A program made the translations under genes and the position numbers. A stretch of DNA of 63,994 nt, the filler included, from Octopus bimaculoides (lineage: Eukaryota): the NCBI RefSeq assembly GCF_001194135.2. It is 9 parts of 9 records of this genome, joined end to end, with 100 filler letters (N's around TTAATTAATTAA, not from the genome) between each part and the next. Parts side by side here need not be neighbours in the genome. Positions count along the whole stretch, not along the records: positions 34,244 to 56,697 come from NC_068987.1; 8 more parts are not named here. One strand, given 5' to 3'. Positions 36,157 to 49,030 of the stretch are shown here, piece by piece. The notes under the pieces are model-generated. The model did no database searches and was not told the DNA's origin. It was given only the letters and a program-made list of their open reading frames with translations. The number at the start of each line of letters is the position of its first letter. The stretch's first letter is position 1.

Positions 36157-36385
36157 CAGAAGGGGTAGTGGAAGAGATGCCAAATGTGAACGAATTTGTG
36201 GTAGCTGTTTGTCCTGTAGAAGTTGTTGATGATGAAAAGATACTTGGTGCAGCCGACGGTTGAGCAGCAGTGGACGCTGAAAAAAGACTGGGCACCGAAG
36301 ATTGTGCAGTTGTTGTTGAAGCAAATATTGATGATGTAGAAAACGGTTGCGCTGCCGGCGTGGTGGAGCCAAATTTGAACGCCAT
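36157..36385 (-). CDS. FG-repeat nucleoporin exon 1 (Nup54/Nup58/Nup62 class; MAFKFGSTTPAAQPF...SFTFGISSTTPS)
   Basis: MAFxFG start as in Nup54 (MAFNFG), Ser/Thr/Ala-rich spacers with FS/FG/FTFG motifs, donor CTG|GTAAAA phase 1; paralog not resolvable from FG repeats alone. Confidence 0.75.
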
Positions 36386-36589
36386 ATTTACTATACTTCC
36401 TTTCACTTCAATATTAAAGAGTTCTTGACTGCAGCGCCACCGGAAGTACTTTGGCGGATAAGCGAAGTATTTCTAATCATTTCTAAATTTTGCTGGCGAT
36501 AGGTTCTCAGGTTCATTTTTTTTATAATATATATATATATAAATATATATTTTCTAAATACATATTTTTTAAAAATATACAATAATAAG
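36386..36589. promoter_or_regulatory. Bidirectional promoter / 5' UTR region shared by the nucleoporin and ferritin
   Basis: 204 bp between divergent ATGs; CpG-containing core with ETS motif CCGGAAGT at 36440-36447. Confidence 0.75.
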
Positions 36590-36691
36590 ATGACGAGCCA
36601 GTGCAGACAAAATTATCACCCCGATTCAGAGGCAGCAATTAACAAACAGATTAATTTGGAACTCTTTGCTAGTTACGTGTATCAGTCGATG
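36590..36691 (+). CDS. FTH1: Ferritin (cytosolic H/M type) coding exon 1: [34 protein letters not shown]
   Basis: Ferritin N-terminal RQNYH motif and helix A with the E27 and Y34 equivalents; donor ATG|GTTTGT phase 0. Symbol means H-chain-like, not proven 1:1 orthology. Confidence 0.97.
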
Positions 36692-39382
36692 GTTTGTGAA
36701 AACACTTCAATTTATATTTGTTATTGATGCATGCTTGTATAATGTGTGTGTTTGATCATTCATGTGATTTACTTCAAAGTTTTGATTTATCATTTCGATT
36801 TTTCTTTTCTGCTGTGTATATATAGCCAATGTTGATAAAGTATTAGTGGTATATTAATTTGAATTACTCTCTCCAGACAACAAAATTTGAAATCATTTTA
36901 CATGCCTAATAGTAATTAACGATTACTTAATGTATTGGTTTGATAATATTTCTTTTAAGGCTGTCTTTCACTTTAAGGACAATCTTCGCTTATTGTCCTC
37001 TCTCACGATGTGTGGCTCCATTTTCAGTCCTGCAACTTAAATGTCCCCAAAACCTAAGATTACTCCTTTTAATAATACGATTACTTTTTTGGTTATTGCA
37101 TCCATACTCAGTATATTTTGTAGAATTTTGTTTGATTTTTGGAATAGCTATCACGGTCTCAGGTACGGAATTCGAAGCAAAACTTTTTTAAAAAATGAAA
37201 TTTTTCTAAAAAAAATTTTCATACGCAGGTCGAAAGAATACCGGCTGTGTGGTAAGACCGAAGTTTGTTTCCCAACCACACGGTTCCGAGTTCAGTTCCA
37301 CTGCGTGGCACCTTGCTCTAGTGTCTTTTACTGTAGCCTCGTCCCGACCAAAGCCTGTGAGTGGATTTGGTAGACGGAAACTGAAAGAAGGCTGTCGTAT
37401 ATATAAATATGTATACGTTTGTGTGTCTGCTGTGTTTACGTCCCTGTAACTTAGCGGTTCGCCAAGGAGACCGGTAGAATATGTACTAGACTTTCAAAGA
37501 ATAAGCCCTGAAGTCGATTTGTTCGACTAAAAGCGGCGTTCCAGCATGGTCGTAATCAAATGACTGAAACAAAAGAATATGTTTTATAAAACAGGAATAC
37601 TAAAAAAAAAAACAATAAGTAAAAAGGGAGGAAAAAATCACTTCATTTCCCTTGAAGTAGTAGTGATTGCGATTCCAAAACTTCTAGAATTTATTCCTAT
37701 GAAGCGATATACCTTTGTCTTTTGTTACATGAAAGAATACACAAGAGATAAAGAGTAGCCTTGAACAAATATATTTGTCCTTCGCCATTACGAATAAAAC
37801 CTAGTTGTAGCAAGTTTCTACATATATACTCAGATCACTTACGCAGCTAACATTTTCAGGGAGTAAAATGAAAACAAAACACGAACATCACATTTCATTG
37901 CTCACTATTATAGGGCATTTGTATCTGTTCAAAAAGAATTCGGAGGTCCGAACTCCGCCAAGAATTCAATATTAGTGTATATATAATATATGATATAAGC
38001 GCTAGTTCTTAATTCCTCGATGCATATCACAGATGCTCTGAGATGCATCATCGGTGTTTCTGGGGGTTTTAAAGAGTTTTTGAGTTTTCAAACATCAGCT
38101 TCCCTCGCCCAGTTGATCATGCCGATGTTGTTTCAAGTTATGTTCCAGGTGCATCCTAGGAACAGCAAAGCACTGGACCATCGTATCAATATTGATTATT
38201 CAGATTTATGTTAGCACATGCATGAGTCAGTAAGTGAGCTTTTGTTTGCTCGCGCCTACCTACTAAAAATAGCAGCCAAATCTTCCTCATATCACATTCC
38301 CTCGTCTAAAAACAGAAAGGACATTGGACAATATAGTCCCAAATGTACGAGATAGCCTTTACCAGTGCTTCTGATTTTTGATAGCGTGAGCAAAGATTTT
38401 AGGCAGTATTTTTCTTAAAACAAAAGTATGTTCATATCGAATGCTTATGCATATATAAATTTGATGTGGCAGCATTTTCAGTTTGAAAATCATAATTTAT
38501 GAGCATCAACAGCGAACTTCTATCTTCCTTTAAATAATGAACATAGTAGAGGTAAAGACCCCCTTCGGTCATGAATGACCATGGGATTGCACCTAGATAG
38601 TTATCCTCCGTGGCACAAATCTGGGCAAGGTTATTCATGGAAGAACAGCAGTCGCTCATGCATACCAACCTCCCCTCTCCACGCCACTGAGGTTATCCAA
38701 GTAAAAAGGTAAAAGCCAATACAACTTGGTACCAGTGACGTCGCAACTCATTTCTACAACTGAGTAAACTGGAGCAACGTGAAATAAAGTGTCTCACTCA
38801 AGAACACAACACACAGCCTGGTCTGGGAATCGAACTCACTACCTTATGATTGTGAGCCATGCACCTTCACATAATGAACATAAAATACTAACATTATTGT
38901 TCACGAGCATTACTATTCAGAAAGAAAATGTAAAACCTAATCGTGAAGCTGAAATGACGAAATATAGTGTCGCTACACTGCTACAATTTTTTTTTTTATC
39001 TTCTTTTTCGGAAAAATTAAATTAAATCTAATCGCTTATTTCTGTTTATATAAAAATCTTACTTGCATTACATAACTGTGTATAAGCAAAAACTAAATAC
39101 TTTCCAACGTTTCACGTTCCCATTTTTCATTTTACTTTGGCATTAGTGATTTCGACTGTTATCCTAGGCTATACATATTAAATTATTCTAGCNNNNNNNN
39201 NNNNNNNNNNNNNNNNNNNNNNNNNNNNNNNNNNNNNNNNNNNNNNNNNNNNNNNNNNNNNNNNNNNNNNNNNNNNNNNNNNNNNNNNNNNNNNNNNNNN
39301 NNNNNNNNNNNNNNNNNNNNNNNNNNNNNNNNNNNNNGGCAACATGGATAGACTGCCGTTCACTTCGCTATAATGAGGCCTT

Positions 39383-39556
39383 CATCATCATCATCATCAT
39401 CGTTTAACGTCCGCTTTCCACGCTAGCATGGGTTGGACGATTTTACTGAGGACTGGTGAACCAGATGGCTACACCAGGCTCCAATCTGATCTGGCAGAGT
39501 TTCTACAGCTGGATACCCTTCCTAACGCCAACCACTCCAAGAGTGTAGTGGGTGCT
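39383..39556 (-). mobile_element. SINE family A ((GAT)n tail), reverse copy
   Basis: CATCATCGTTTAACGTCCGCTTTCCA...; further reverse copies at 19268, 44214, 47736, 48180, 53628. Confidence 0.85.
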
Positions 39557-39799
39557 TAGCTATCCTTATTCCATGTGAGTGAAATTGGGTAAACTGATAC
39601 ATAATACAAGGTCAGGCTGTTATATAGTATTGATTGAGCCAGAAAGCAGGGAAAAAAATGCCTATTCTGTTTGCTCTCTCCAGCCAGCAGTACCTTTGAA
39701 GGATATGCGTAGGATGGTTATATAAGCAATTTCTTACCAGAATTTTATAACTTACAGGTTTGACCCCATTAATTAAACAATTTTCCTCTTTCATGGTTC

Positions 39800-40110
39800 A
39801 CTTTATAATGAGCTATATTTCATAAATATTGCCCATTATAAATAGAAAATAGTTGCCATACCTACAGTAGCAGTATTAGATGAATGTATTGGTTGTTATT
39901 TCTAACAGGTTGATTGGTTATGTGGAGCCTCCCTCATTGCTCATAAAATGGCATTCTACTTTATAATGATTAATATTTCATAAATATTACCCATTATAAA
40001 TGGAAAAGAGTGGCATGCCTACAGTATAGTGTTAGATGAGTGATTTGGTTGCTATTTCTAACAGGTTGACTGCTTATGTGGAGTCTCCCTCATTAGCTCA
40101 TAAAATGGCA
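39800..40110. repeat. Diverged tandem duplication, unit about 160 bp
   Basis: ACTTTATAATGA...TTTCTAACAGGTTGA...ATGTGGAG...CTCATAAAATGGCAT appears twice in succession. Confidence 0.85.
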
Positions 40111-40280
40111 TAAAATTTAAGTCATTGTTGAGGCAGATATTTTCATAAAACTTACATCTCCAGGAAGCAATCTTGTAGTCATTTATGACTGTATAGATAT
40201 GATTATATATTGTATACCAACGTTGCTTTCCTGGCACGTGAAAAGACATTTGAGCGAGTTTGTTGCCAGTACTGCTGGAT

Positions 40281-40510
40281 TGGCGTAGCCGTTGCCAGTA
40301 CCTCCTGACTGGCCTTCGTGCCGGTGGCATGTAAAAGCACCCACTACACTCTCGGAGTGGTTGGCGTTAGGAAGGGCATCCAGCTGTAGAAACTCTGCCA
40401 AATCAGATTGGAGCCTGGTGTAGCCATCTGGTTCCACCAGTCCTCAGTCAAATCGTCCAACCCATGCTAGCATGGAAAGCGGACGTTAAACAATGATGAT
40501 GATGATGATA
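40281..40510 (+). mobile_element. SINE family A, forward copy
   Basis: Ends GGAAAGCGGACGTTAAACAATGATGATG; further forward copies at 50140, 50910, 54050, 55715. Confidence 0.85.
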
Positions 40511-40519
40511 ATTATAGAT

Positions 40520-40755
40520 CAGTGGTTCTCAACCAGGGTCCATATAAGATTTTGTTGTTAAAATTTATTGTTCAATAAATTAGTTATACTTCTGTAATAG
40601 ACAAAATATTTTAACAATTTTTATACAAAATTCCTAATAATATTTGATTATAAAAAAATTATAGGATCCTTTAAAACATTGAACGGCTACGAGGGTCCAC
40701 CTGAGTAAAATAAGAACAAAGGAGCCCATAGGTATTTATGGGTTGAAAACCATTG
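40520..40755. mobile_element. hAT-Charlie-type MITE
   Basis: TIRs CAGTGGTTCTCAACC / GGTTGAAAACCATTG; 8-bp TSD TTATAGAT / TTACAGAT. Confidence 0.85.
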
Positions 40756-41065
40756 TTACAGATGTTACTTGATATATGAATGATGAATAAATATATTCAC
40801 ACTATTGATAGGCGAGCAACATAATTCTTTTGTAATGAATGAAATAAAAATATGTAAGCAATTTTTAACTTCGAATGCTGATTTCTGTATCTTAAAAAAA
40901 TTTTCTTTTTCTTTCCAATTTCCTTTTTTAGAAGAAAAATAGATAAATAACTCTTGTGTGTTTCCTCTGAGAATTTCTAATGTCATCATCGACTACAGTG
41001 GGAAGCAAACACCAATCATCTTGACCAACACGGACTTAGTCTCTCAACCATGCCAGATATTCTTT

Positions 41066-41112
<47 letters not shown>

Positions 41113-44100
41113 TAGCATATATTGCATCTTTCAAACACTGCTGNNNNNNNNNNGGTATTTTTTTAATCTTAATTCTTTTTCTGCCTTGCTAACTTGGTTG
41201 TAAAACCAGCCACTTGTTTAACTGCTCACATGTCTTATGCCTGGCATTACTGAATTATTACTCCTGCTTTCTATTTCTACATCCCACTTTTGCTTGGGAA
41301 GTCTGGTTCGTCTCCTCTAAGCTTTACCTCATCTCAAACATTCATTTTCAATAGAACACATGTTACCTTTACTTCTACCTTTATATTTGAAATAGCTTTG
41401 GAAGTTGAAATTTAAAAAAAAATAATAAATCCTAATTGAAGCTGGAAAAAGTTCTCAAAGTACCATGGATGATGATGTAAAGTTAACATTGTCTATTGCA
41501 AGGGGTTTATTTACTTATTATTTACACTGACTCTCTTGGTAATAATTTTTTGGTTTATTTATTCTATAGATTTATTGTTATGATATGCTGCATTGCTGAA
41601 AACAAATTCTTGGCTTGCAATCATTGAAACACTTCACTAAATAATTATTGTATGTGTCTTCACTGTGATACCTGATCAAGTCTACTTTTACCTGTAGTAT
41701 ATCAAGGACAGAAAAGCAGTTGTTGTTAATCTAAAACATAGCAGATTTACTGCAACAGAATTCTTGTTTTCCACTAGGAAGAAGCAAACTTATCCCTTTC
41801 CAAGCAGTACAGTAAACTCATTTGTTAAGATTGGTCGCAAAATGAGCTGGTAATTAAATATAGAAGCATTGACAACTATTAGCATTGGTTGTATTGACAT
41901 TTATCATTTTCTGCGTTGGAGCACTGAAGAACAAACATCCAAGCAGCCCTATATTCGCTTTTCTTCTACGACTACAGTACCTTCATTGTATTTCAGTTAT
42001 TTTACTTGCTTATTTTTTGTCTCTCTGATGGTTCTTGGAATCATGAAAACTAGAACCATTATTCATTATTACACAATTTATAGTAGGAAAAACAAAACCG
42101 CCACATTGGTGTGTTTTATCTGATAGCCTCATTAATGTAGATGTACTGGCAACTCTTCTACTGCAATTTGTGTAACAATATTCTGTCTGTGAGCCTTGCT
42201 TTTGGCTAATCAGTGTCATTAGTTTATTAACCATAGTTATTTTGCTGCTCAGTCTTTAAACCTATTGTTATACGTAATCCTTATTTGGTAGATTTCATCT
42301 AGTACAAATACCATAACAAATAGATACAGCAAACCATTCGATAGTCTACTAGAACTCATTACAGAATGCAACACTGTACAGATGCCAATACTTTAATGTA
42401 GATTGAATATTTAATGACATTGTAAATGTACCTAGATCATAAGGATGTTTATTTAGGAACCTAGTCATATTTTAGTATGATCTTGAGTAATAGTAATGTT
42501 ATTGAAACATTAATCTGTCTTAGCATTGCAATGATGGCCCAAACCTACGAGAAAACATGAATTTACACAACAACTGCTTTCAGAATGGAATGACTATTGA
42601 GAGTTAAGTGTCTTGATCATGGACATAGTGCAGTATCTCTGAGTTGATATGAACTACTAATTTCTCACCTGGTTATGTTACTCTTTTGACTTGGTTGTCA
42701 TCATTTATCAGAACTCTGCTACTCTTCAAGTAAATTACCAATGACACAAACTTTCTGTATGCTATTATCTATCATTAAATCAAAGCTAGTAGAGAGATAT
42801 TACTGATTTTTTTTACTGTTTTTGCATGATTGGCATGAAGTAGCTTGCCATCACATTTCCAACTCCTCACTCACAGACATGCTGTCATTTTTTGCTGCCT
42901 TTTCTGTTGCTACTTCTGTGAACTCTGCTCCTCAGAGTTCACAGAAGTCTTGAAGATAGTCTTGGACTGTGTGTGCACAGTCAGGTACTCTCCACTCCCT
43001 TGTTACTCCTCCTCCTCCTCTCACCCACTTTTTGTCTACCTTTAGATCCTACAATAACTTCTATTGCTAGCCCTTCCTTTCTGGAACATTAACTTTGGAG
43101 TATCAATTTTACCAATCTCGTACACCCTTTTCTCTTATCCATACCAATATAAAAACAAAATTGCTTTTAACACCATTTAGCTACATCTGATTATTTTATA
43201 TAAACTTAACCGTTTTTTCTTCTTTTCTTTTCTAAAACTCTTATGATGGATGACTCTTCAATCTAATATTGAATGTTTTACAACTGGAATCATGAATGTC
43301 CTTTGAATTCTTTAAGTTATTCTTTACATTCATCTGCATTACAATTGGTTGTGTTGTATTTACAGTGTTATAGCTTAACCCCAATTTTCAATTAACTCAG
43401 TGGGGGATTAGGGGTTTTTCTTTTGTTTTTTTCAATGTTTTGAATTTTTGATTTTTAAGAAAGTTTTGTGACTATGTGGTGAGAAGCTTGCTTCCCAACN
43501 NNNNNNNNNNNNNNNNNNNNNNNNNNNNNNNNNNNNNNNNNNNNNNNNNNNNNNNNNNNNNNNNNNNNNNNNNNNNNNNNNNNNNNNNNNNNNNNNNNNN
43601 NNNNNNNNNNNNNNNNNNNNNNNNNNNNNNNNNNNNNNNNNNNNNNNNNNNNNNNNNNNNNNNNNNNNNNNNNNNNNNNNNNNNNNNNNNNNNNNNNNNN
43701 NNNNNNNNNNNNNNNNNNNNNNNNNNNNNNNNNNNNNNNNNNNNNNNNNNNNNNNNNNNNNNNNNNNNNNNNNNNNNNNNNNNNNNNNNNNNNNNNNNNN
43801 NNNNNNNNNNNNNNNNNNNNNNNNNNNNNNNNNNNNNNNNNNNNNNNNNNNNNNNNNNNNNNNNNNNNNNNNNNNNNNNNNNNNNNNNNNNNNNNNNNNN
43901 NNNNNNNNNNNNNNNNNNNNNNNNNNNNNNNNNNNNNNNNNNNNNNNNNNNNNNNNNNNNNNNNNNNNNNNNNNNNNNNNNNNNNNNNNNNNNNNNNNNN
44001 NNNNNNNNNNNNNNNNNNNNNNNNNNNNNNNNNNNNNNNNNNNNNNNNNNNNNNNNNNNNNNNNNNNNNNNNNNNNNNNNNNNNNNNNNNNNNNNNNNNN

Positions 44101-44869
44101 NNNNNNNNNNNNNNNNNNNNNNNNNTTTACCTGTATTTTTTTCATTCAAACTGGTTAGATCTGGCCTCTCGCACCTATCCTACGATGTCATTCTAAAAAT
44201 AACAATCACATCATTATCATCATCGTTTAACGTCCGCTTTCCATGCTAGCATGGGTTGGACGATTTGACTGAGGACTGGTGAACCAGATGGCTACATTAG
44301 GCTCCAATCTGATTTTGGCAAAGTTTCTACAGTTGGGTGCTTTTACATGCCACAGACCACGCTCAAAATGGTGTATTTTACATGCCACCTGCACAGGAGC
44401 CAGTCCAGTGGCACTGGACTGCCACTGGACTGTCACATCATCGAAGTCTTGAAGCTATAAGATAATGCATGATAAATTCAAAGCAGTGTGAATAAGTAAG
44501 CATTACATTTGATAGAGTAACATGAATGCTGAAGGGTTAATAGCTTCGAATATTTAGTTAAAATTCAAACTAAAATCAAAATTCAATGAAGAAAGGAAAT
44601 TAGATTTGAATTGAGAAAAATTCAGTTGGTTGACAAATACTTCAGTTTTTAAATAATCAGTTTGTTCTATTTATAACACTTAGGTGGAACATGTTTTTGG
44701 TATGCTATCAGTTACATAAACCCTCTTGTCATTTGAGAACCTGTATTGAATGGTGAAAATAATAAAGTGTTATGTGAGTACTCCTGAACTGCTCCTTAAA
44801 ATTCCTTGATGCTCATGGAATCATCAGTAGAAAGCATGAAAAATATATATGTACATATTACGACAGCAA

Positions 44870-45203
44870 GGGTTTCAGTTGATCCAATCAACAGAACAGC
44901 CTGCTCGTGAAATTAACGTGCAAGGGGCTGAGCACTCCACAGACACAAGTACTCTTAACGTAGTTCTTGGGGGAGATTCAGCGTGACACAGAGTGTGACA
45001 AGGCTGGCCCTTTGAAATACAGGTACAACAGAAACAGGAAGAAAGAGTGAAAGAGTACAGCAAGGTTCACCACCACCCCCTGCTGGAGCCTCATGAAGGT
45101 TGAAGTGTTTTCGCTCAATAAACACAACGCCCTGTCTGGGAATCAAAACCATGATCCTACGACCATGAGTCTGCTGCCCTAACCACTGGGCCATTGCGCC
45201 TCC
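44870..45203 (-). mobile_element. tRNA-derived SINE (family B)
   Basis: Reverse copy matching 24915-25295. Confidence 0.85.
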
Positions 45204-46399
45204 ATGATATGTACATATATATAAATGAATAAAATGGATAAACAAACAATGTAACGTATACTGGAGACAAACAGAAGGTCCATAATTTTTCATCAGTTAT
45301 CAACCAATTGGTAATATTCAGTTTCGCACATATATACGTGTGTGTCTGTGTATGTGTACATACATAGATAAACTCTGGCATTTTCGGTATTGGTTAGACA
45401 GAGGTGGTTCTGTTATTAAAATCTGATAGTTGCAACTTAAAGTAAGCAGTACTTTACTCGAGGACATTGCATGTACTTCATGTAATTTTTTTAATGCTTG
45501 GATTTCAGAGTTTTCTCCCTTTGTCTTCCTTTAAACAACTTCTCATTGACACATTTTAATCTGTGTGCAATTTCAGTTGATTAACATATATTTTGAACTC
45601 ATTACATTAAGTATTTTAGCTTATTTTTATGTATATGTTTTCTGTAAAGAAAACGTGCTTGCATAATCATCCAATAACATTATTTTTAAAATGACTTATT
45701 CAGTAAATAATTGTCTCACCAGAACTCTATCTTCCCAAGATAATAGTTTCGGTGTGAACCCTCCCCAACAAAATCACCAGTGGAAGCCACTTTAAAATAC
45801 ATCAACATATCTAATAATATTTTGAATCCTAAAAGTTTCATTCTTCTTAATTCAGCTCTGATCAAGTTAACATATGAACAAAATCATCGAAGTTGCAAAC
45901 TTCCCTTCATTTTTCAACCAGAATGAAGAGAAATTTTGCTGCTATTTTTCAAGTTAAGCAACTATATAAACTACTTAACCTGCAACAGTATAGACATTCT
46001 GTTTGCTAGCTTTGGATCCTGTTGGATTATATATTTACTAGTTACGGTGAATGTTATATAATACAGCTGATAAAATTTACTATTAAACACTTATTAAAAT
46101 ACTGCTTTTTCTTATGACTTTACATATTTTAAACAGTTTCTCTATGAAGCTAGTTTCATGGTGAACTCAGTTCTTATAGTTTTTTAATACCAATGAATTT
46201 AAATTTTAACTTGTCTTCATTTTAAAAATAGCTGCTTGACTTTATTGTCATTAAACATCTAAAGTCCATAATTCTGATGCACTGATTAACCCTTTTCTTA
46301 CCATATTTCTGTTGAAATACGCTGCCTTTGTTTCACTTAATTTTTAAAATAATGAAGAATTTAGTAAAATTTATCATAATTAAATTGATGTTTGAAGCA

Positions 46400-47080
46400 G
46401 TCAACAACTTCATTCTCATCTACAACAGAGACAGGCTCTTGAGTTAAGACAAAAGCCTCAGTCTTTCGTTGACTTCTTGCAGGACTCTTCCTCTGTTGCA
46501 AGTGAGAGTGTTGAAGTTGTTGACTGCTTCAATTATCTTGACATGGGGATTCATAGTGGCATTAGCTGTGAGTCTGAAGTCCTAAAAGGATTTGGACAGC
46601 TGGTGCAGTTATGGAGTCATTGGACAAGGGTGTTTGGTGCTGCTGATATCTGAGTAGGAGAACAAAGGTTCAAAGCTTTAAGTGTCTAGTCCTTCTTGTC
46701 CTGCTCTATAGTTGTGAGACTTGGACACTGTTCAGGGCTCTTAGGAGTTACCTGAATTCCTTTGGTACCAAGATGCTTCACAGGATTATGGATTACCATT
46801 GGTTTCATTGATTTCATATCCAACCAACTCTACTCAGAAACTGGGATTCATGTTGTTATGTGTATGATTCAGGAGCACCAGCTAAGACTATTTGGCCAGG
46901 TTGCTTGACCCTGCTGGACCCTGCTTAGCATGTTCTCTTCACTGAGGATTTGGCTGGGGGCCATGGCAGATGAAGAGGTATCTCTCAGAGATGGGGACTG
47001 ACTGAGACTCTACTCAGCAGGTGACCCAAGAGAACCTAGGAATATACCAACAAATGGTGAATGCAGCAATGGCACATGCC
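46400..47080 (+). mobile_element. RTE-clade LINE 3' fragment, degenerate
   Basis: VEVVDCFNYL...LLYSCETWTL...FGTKMLHRIM motif remnants. Confidence 0.75.
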
Positions 47081-47551
47081 CCTACACCTGACCTAAAGTT
47101 GGTGTTAAGAACATAAATTATTATGAAGTTCTGAGAGAAGGTTAATTTAGATCACTTTAAAAGAGAAAGTTTGTATCATTGACCCAGAGGCAGTGTCAGG
47201 TGGTATAAAAAGGGTTAGAAAGACAGTAATGATAAAACTTAGCAATATTTGACTTCCTGTGTGATTTGATGTTGGCAACAGAGGGGATTTATTATGTAAG
47301 CTCTGATTGAATAAACACAATATGCAATGGCCAATTTTTATTGGTCTGAATGCAAAAGAATTAACTTACATTCAAGTTACTTTGTTTACAAATTATGCTA
47401 AACACAGTTTAAATATATTTTCTTCATGCGTTCTTGAAAATATCTAGATTTGCTATTTTGTAGTCATATTTATAATTACTTTTCAGAATTATCAATCTGC
47501 AGCCTTTGCTTCTGTCATTATATTTGATTTTACTTCCCTTTTTTTGTCAAG

Positions 47552-47698
47552 GCATATTATTTTGATCGAGATGATGTCAGTCTCCCTGGATTCCACAAGT
47601 TTTTTAAGAAGTCTTCAGATGAAGAGCGAGATCATGCAGAAAAATTCATGTCTTATCAGAACAAACGTGGTGGCAGAATTGTACTTCAGGCAGTTATG
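47552..47698 (+). CDS. FTH1: Ferritin exon 2: [49 protein letters not shown]
   Basis: YFDRDDV and EERxHAEK ferroxidase motif (E61, E62, H65 equivalents); AAG| acceptor, |GTAATT donor, phase 0-0, 147 nt. Confidence 0.98.
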
Positions 47699-48589
47699 GT
47701 AATTAAAAAAAACATTTTAATTTTTTTTTTAATTCATCATCATCATCATCATCATCGTTTAACGTCCGCTTTCCATGCTAGCATGGGTTGGACGATTTGA
47801 CTGAGGACTGGTGAAACCGGATGGCAACACCAGGCTCCAGTCTGATTTGGCAGAGTTTCTACAGCTGGATGCCCTTCCTAACGCCAACCACTCCTTCCTT
47901 ATATTTTAGCATTTATCAAGCAGCAGAGTAGTAGTTGCTAGTATTATGTTTTCTGTATTTGTATAAAATATCCCTAAGATGGTATTGACAAAATACTTGC
48001 TTGGATCTTTCGTTGTTGTCACCATAGTTTCTCCTTGGTAATAATTGTTATGGCTTCAGTCCCACTGAACCCATGGATAAGTGTCCTATTATAGCCCTGG
48101 GCCAACCAAAATCTTGTGATTGAATTTCATGTACAAAAAAGGAAAAGAGCCTGTTGTGTGTGTGTGTATGTGTATATCATTATCATCATTTAACATTCTC
48201 TTTTCCATGCCAGCATGGGTTGGATGATTTGACAGAAACATGAGCCAGAGAGTCCTGCCAGGTTCTATGTCTGCTTTGGCATAGTTTCTACAGCTTGTTG
48301 CCAACCCTTGACAAAGTGTACCGGATGCTTTTTATGTGACACCAGAACTGGTGAGGTCACTGAGTATCTGCACAATAAGACCTTTCAACTGAGTCGGGTA
48401 TGGACTGAAAGAATAAGAAATTATGATAGAGGGAGAGAAGCAGGTATCTTGCAAAAGAGGTGAATACATGGTTTGCCCACTTGGAAAGTGAGAGAAAGAA
48501 AGGGACTGATGGAAGAGTGGATGTCAGAAAATGAGTTGTGGGGCAAAGCTTGACAGAGCCTCAATTCTGCTGGGATGGACAGGTCTTCT

Positions 48590-49030
48590 CAAGCATAGCT
48601 TAGTACTATTCATCTGAGACTCCTGTCATCTCCTCTTGAAGTAGGTCTTCTCTTTGGCCCACACCTTCCTATGCCTATCTCTTCCCCTTGTTCCCTCCAT
48701 TCGGCTCTTACCTTATATAACTGTCCTCATCCATGACCAAACCAGTGCAGTCTCTTCTCCTGTACACCACATTCAATGCTTCTTATACCCAATTTTTCTC
48801 TAAGCACATCCATCAAAGTATACTTGTATAATCTATTTCAAGTTTTCATTTGTCCTCTGCATTCCCAGCCCAAGTTTCACAACTATCTAACAGTTCTGTT
48901 TGTACACAGGCATCATACACTCTGCCTTTTATTCTGAGAGAGGGGCCTTTTGTTACCAACGGAGGTAAAAGTTCCCTGAAATTTCTCCAACTAATTCATA
49001 TTCTAGCAACTATATTTTTAGAACATCTTC
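48590..49030 (-). mobile_element. RTE-clade LINE 3' fragment, degenerate
   Basis: Minus strand reads SWRNFRELLP...SLRIKGRVYDACVQ...SCETWA. Confidence 0.75.

Noticed and set aside
24021-36385. Joining the nucleoporin exons to the downstream minus-strand ZNFX1-like exon as a fusion gene
   Set aside because: Phases are compatible, but an artificial spacer (34144-34243) separates them, so contiguity is unsupported
36596-36612. CAGTGC just after the ferritin ATG as a possible IRE loop
   Set aside because: Lies in the coding sequence, and the flanks (GAGC / AGAC) do not form the required stem
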